From the IMG/VR virus record IMGVR_UViG_3300017719_000001: a stretch of DNA of 58,559 nt. One strand, 5' to 3'. The position numbers and the translations under genes are program-made. Under the pieces are notes generated by a model. The model did no database searches and was not told the DNA's origin. It saw only the letters and a list, made by a program, of their open reading frames with translations. Positions 55,637 through 58,559 of this stretch are shown piece after piece (within the stretch, counting starts at the first letter, position 1; the number at the start of each line of letters is the position of its first letter). Source of the stretch: an uncultured virus (IMG/VR IMGVR_UViG_3300017719_000001). Lineage: Duplodnaviria; Heunggongvirae; Uroviricota; Caudoviricetes.

Positions 55637-58558
55637 TTATTTTTTCTCTAGTTCTTCAATTCTTTTTATGAGAGCTGGATATGCCTCAAATTCGTGCATC
55701 TCTTTACATGGGTGGCTATTCTTTTTAAGTTCTTCGACTTCTGCTTTAAGTTCTTTAATTGCTTCAACTAATAGTGGTACAACCTTTTCATATCTAACTG
55801 TTAAGTAGTTCTCTCCACTTTTAGAAATTATATTATTATTATCTTCTGGGTCAACTTCTCTATCAAATGGTGCCTCGGCCACAGCTTGTGGTAAAACAGA
55901 TTGTATTTCTTGAGCCAAGAGTCCAGCATCATTTTTTCTATATTCTGGTTCAAAACCTAAGGCATCAACTTTATCGTCCCAATCGAAAGTATAACCACCA
56001 ATACTTTGTATTTTTTCTAAGGCATTAGGAATATTTAAAATATTATTTTTTAATCTAGCATCTGATGAATAAGCAGTAATATTACCAGTAGCAGTTATAG
56101 CACCGACAACTTCTAAAGCATCAGTGGCAGGAACAGAGGTATCACTAACACCGGCACCTACTGTAATACGGTTAGCAACACATAAGTATCCTCGAGTTGA
56201 TAGTGACATAGCGCCCTGAGATGCACTCATTGCATCATCTCGCCAGACAAACCCACGGTTATTATCATTATTCATCTGGAAAGTCATTGCATAATCACCC
56301 AAGTCTCCATGCCCTTGCCCAGAAACCATACCAATGCCGTAGGTTGCTGATGAACCCCATAATCTATACTTAGTATAAACATCACCTGAATTTACATAAT
56401 GGTATGTTCCACCATTAGGCCCGGCGGGCCCTGTTGCACCAGTACCACCTGTGCCTCCTGTTTGACCTTTTTGACCTTTAGCACCTGTTGCGCCAGTACC
56501 ACCTGTACCACCAGTTTGTCCTTTCTGACCTTTAGCACCGGTACCACCTGTACCACCTGTGCCTCCTGTTTGACCCTTTTGACCTTTGGCTCCTGTGCCG
56601 CCTGTTCCACCTGTGCCACCAGTTTGACCTTTCTGACCTTTTTGTCCCTTGGCACCATTGGATCCGTTACTACCATTTGTACCATTTGTTCCTGCTGCAC
56701 CTTTCTGACCTTTGGCTCCTGTTCCACCTGTACCACCTGTACCACCAGTATTACCTGTTTGACCTTTTTGACCTTTGGCACCAGTGGATCCTGTGGATCC
56801 TGTGGCACCAGACGAACCAATTAATTGGTGCATTGGATCTCTAATATATAAGTAATTAGTACCAAGACCGGACCAATTTAAAATAACAATTGAAGCCCAT
56901 TGAGCGCCAGATGTAGGGGTATATGTGTATTCCTTTGTTGCCCAAGATGTATTTACTGAACCATTCTCGAACCAGTTTGTCTTACCTGATGTATCTTCTT
57001 GGACTTGCCCATAAGATGAAGAATGAGATACTGCAGTTTTACCCGCGGGCAAAGCAGAATTATATTCATATACTCTAATATAAACACCAGAACTAGCAGT
57101 TGTATTTGACTTAATTTTTATCGAAAGCTTGTGTGTCTCACTTGATGCAAGATTAACACGGAAAGCAGGAAATGCTGCACCAATCTGGGTATCACTGCTA
57201 CTTCGTAATGACATTGCATCTTCAGTTGAATTCCAAGAAATTGTAGCAGGGTTTGAATTACTATAAGTGGGAAGTGCACCATAAGGATTATCAATTAATC
57301 CAGTTGCACCTGTACTACCTGTTGCACCTGTACCACCCGTCTGACCTTTTTGTCCCTTGGCACCAGTACCACCTGTACCACCTGTACCACCTTGTGGACC
57401 TGTCGCACCTGTTTGTCCCTTTTGTCCTTTACTTCCCGTAGCACCTGTTCCACCTGTTCCACCTGTACCACCAGTTTGTCCTTTCTGACCTTTGGCTCCT
57501 GTTCCACCTGTACCACCAGTATTACCAGTCTGTCCTTTCTGACCTTTGGCACCAGTACCACCTGTTGAACCTGTATTACCTTTAGCACCAGTACCACCTG
57601 TTGAACCAGTGTTACCTTTAGCACCAGTTGCTCCTGTTCCGCCCGTTGCACCTGTGCTACCAGTTGGTCCTTGAGCACCTGTATTACCTTTGGCACCAGT
57701 GGATCCTGTATTACCAGTCTGACCTTTTTGACCTTTGGAACCAGTAGAACCAGTTGAGCCGTTCGAACCGGGTTCACCTTTTAATCCACTATTTGAGCCT
57801 ACCCAAGCACCAGAACCATTAATAACCTGACTATTATCAACATAGTAGCCATCATTAAAGTTAGCACTTCTACCACTAGTTCTGCCGTCAGTTGAACCCC
57901 ATTCATGTGTTTCTAAAACAGCTGCAGTAGAAGTACCAGCAACTAAACTTGATGGAAATGATACACCAGATTGGTCTGCATTACTTACATTAATTTCTAC
58001 ATTTACATTAGGACCACTACTCCAAGTCAATTTAGCTTCAACAGATCCATCACCCTTTATTCTTAGTCCCGATACATTTGCATAAGTACTATTATTATTC
58101 CAGTTCGTAGTTAATACTGTTAATGAGCCAGAAGCAGATGGATTATAACCATTTGTAGCGGTAAATGATGCTCCACTATGAGCATATGTATTTAAAGAAG
58201 CAAATACCGGGCCGTGTGAGTCTTGTACAGTTAAAATATGAAACCAATTTCCTGATGAACCACTTAAACTTGACCAATTCTTTTTAGAACCACCCTCACC
58301 TTTTTGCCCTTTGGAACCTGTACCACCTGTTGAACCAGTTGACCCTGTATTACCTTGAATACCTTGAGAACCAGTTTGACCTTTCTGGCCTTTAGCACCT
58401 TGCGCGCCTGTATTACCTTGAGGGCCTGTAGAACCAGTATTACCTTTAGCACCTGTCGATCCTGTTGAACCACCAGGCCCCTGAGAACCAGTAGCACCAG
58501 TGTTACCAGTCTGACCCTTTTGACCCTTTGCGCCAGTAGAACCACCAGCACCTGTAGA
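55637..58558 (-). CDS. Collagen-like tail fibre with C-terminal S74 intramolecular chaperone (5'-truncated)
   Basis: Frame stays open from 58030 to the window end; three Gly-X-Y blocks separated by globular domains; SSDARLK...GLLAQE...[15 protein letters not shown]. Confidence 0.88.
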   Translation of the reverse strand, partial: STGAGGSTGAKGQKGQTGNTGATGSQGPGGSTGSTGAKGNTGSTGPQGNTGAQGAKGQKGQTGSQGIQGNTGSTGSTGGTGSKGQKGEGGSKKNWSSLSGSSGNWFHILTVQDSHGPVFASLNTYAHSGASFTATNGYNPSASGSLTVLTTNWNNNSTYANVSGLRIKGDGSVEAKLTWSSGPNVNVEINVSNADQSGVSFPSSLVAGTSTAAVLETHEWGSTDGRTSGRSANFNDGYYVDNSQVINGSGAWVGSNSGLKGEPGSNGSTGSTGSKGQKGQTGNTGSTGAKGNTGAQGPTGSTGATGGTGATGAKGNTGSTGGTGAKGNTGSTGGTGAKGQKGQTGNTGGTGGTGAKGQKGQTGGTGGTGGTGATGSKGQKGQTGATGPQGGTGGTGGTGAKGQKGQTGGTGATGSTGATGLIDNPYGALPTYSNSNPATISWNSTEDAMSLRSSSDTQIGAAFPAFRVNLASSETHKLSIKIKSNTTASSGVYIRVYEYNSALPAGKTAVSHSSSYGQVQEDTSGKTNWFENGSVNTSWATKEYTYTPTSGAQWASIVILNWSGLGTNYLYIRDPMHQLIGSSGATGSTGSTGAKGQKGQTGNTGGTGGTGGTGAKGQKGAAGTNGTNGSNGSNGAKGQKGQKGQTGGTGGTGGTGAKGQKGQTGGTGGTGGTGAKGQKGQTGGTGGTGATGAKGQKGQTGGTGGTGATGPAGPNGGTYHYVNSGDVYTKYRLWGSSATYGIGMVSGQGHGDLGDYAMTFQMNNDNNRGFVWRDDAMSASQGAMSLSTRGYLCVANRITVGAGVSDTSVPATDALEVVGAITATGNITAYSSDARLKNNILNIPNALEKIQSIGGYTFDWDDKVDALGFEPEYRKNDAGLLAQEIQSVLPQAVAEAPFDREVDPEDNNNIISKSGENYLTVRYEKVVPLLVEAIKELKAEVEELKKNSHPCKEMHEFEAYPALIKRIEELEKK
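56411..56818 (-). repeat. Collagen Gly-X-Y block ([12 protein letters not shown] units)
   Basis: Imperfect 9-nt-period coding repeat. Confidence 0.9.
57299..57787 (-). repeat. Collagen Gly-X-Y block
   Basis: Imperfect 9-nt-period coding repeat. Confidence 0.9.
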
Positions 58559-58559
58559 A
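58290..58559 (-). repeat. Collagen Gly-X-Y block (runs off the window)
   Basis: [15 protein letters not shown]... triplets. Confidence 0.9.

Noticed and set aside
58030..58030. TTG start given for the 797-aa fibre ORF
   Set aside because: The frame is open to the window end, so the true start lies outside the window
56392..58551. Alternative-frame and plus-strand ORFs rich in VVQV or CTTC (56392-56820, 56399-56824, 57295-57777, 57350-57568, 58264-58551)
   Set aside because: Shadows of the Gly-X-Y codon periodicity with no RBS; the collagen frame explains the sequence
56411..58559. Tandem repeats as a CRISPR array or DGR template
   Set aside because: Repeats are in-frame codon-level triplets with synonymous variation and no unique spacers; no cas or reverse transcriptase gene nearby

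Overview
A 58.6-kb segment of an AT-rich, T4-like (Tevenvirinae/Kyanoviridae-type) myophage genome, probably aquatic. All supported genes are on the minus strand. In transcription order (right to left) it holds: a collagen-like tail fibre truncated at the window edge; a three-domain GT25 + PLOD-glycosyltransferase + 2OG-Fe(II) lysyl-hydroxylase-like gene; the core morphogenesis block (13-14-15-16-17-18-19-20-67-68-21-22-23-3); uvsY/uvsW, 55, 47, 46; two tRNAs (Arg-UCU, Leu-UAA); a CobT-like VWA/CobS-like AAA pair; 45-44-62-regA; a late-promoter cassette; hsp20; 43; a sugar-nucleotide/GREB1-TAGT glycosyltransferase cluster; ribosomal protein bS21, uvsX-40-41, thyX and DNA ligase; and a block of proteins with T4 capsid-targeting-like N-termini. 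Many sigma70-type early promoters (GTTTAC-16/17-TATAAT) and gp55 late promoters (TATAAATA) are visible. The top candidate for a new system is a single-chain, animal-like collagen lysine hydroxylation and double-glycosylation enzyme encoded beside a fibre whose collagen lysines sit in the Gly-X-Lys position. Other leads are a putative packaged enzyme payload, a DNA-glycosylation cluster, a lone antisense promoter and several structured intergenic RNAs. All assignments come from motif recognition by eye; no searches were run.
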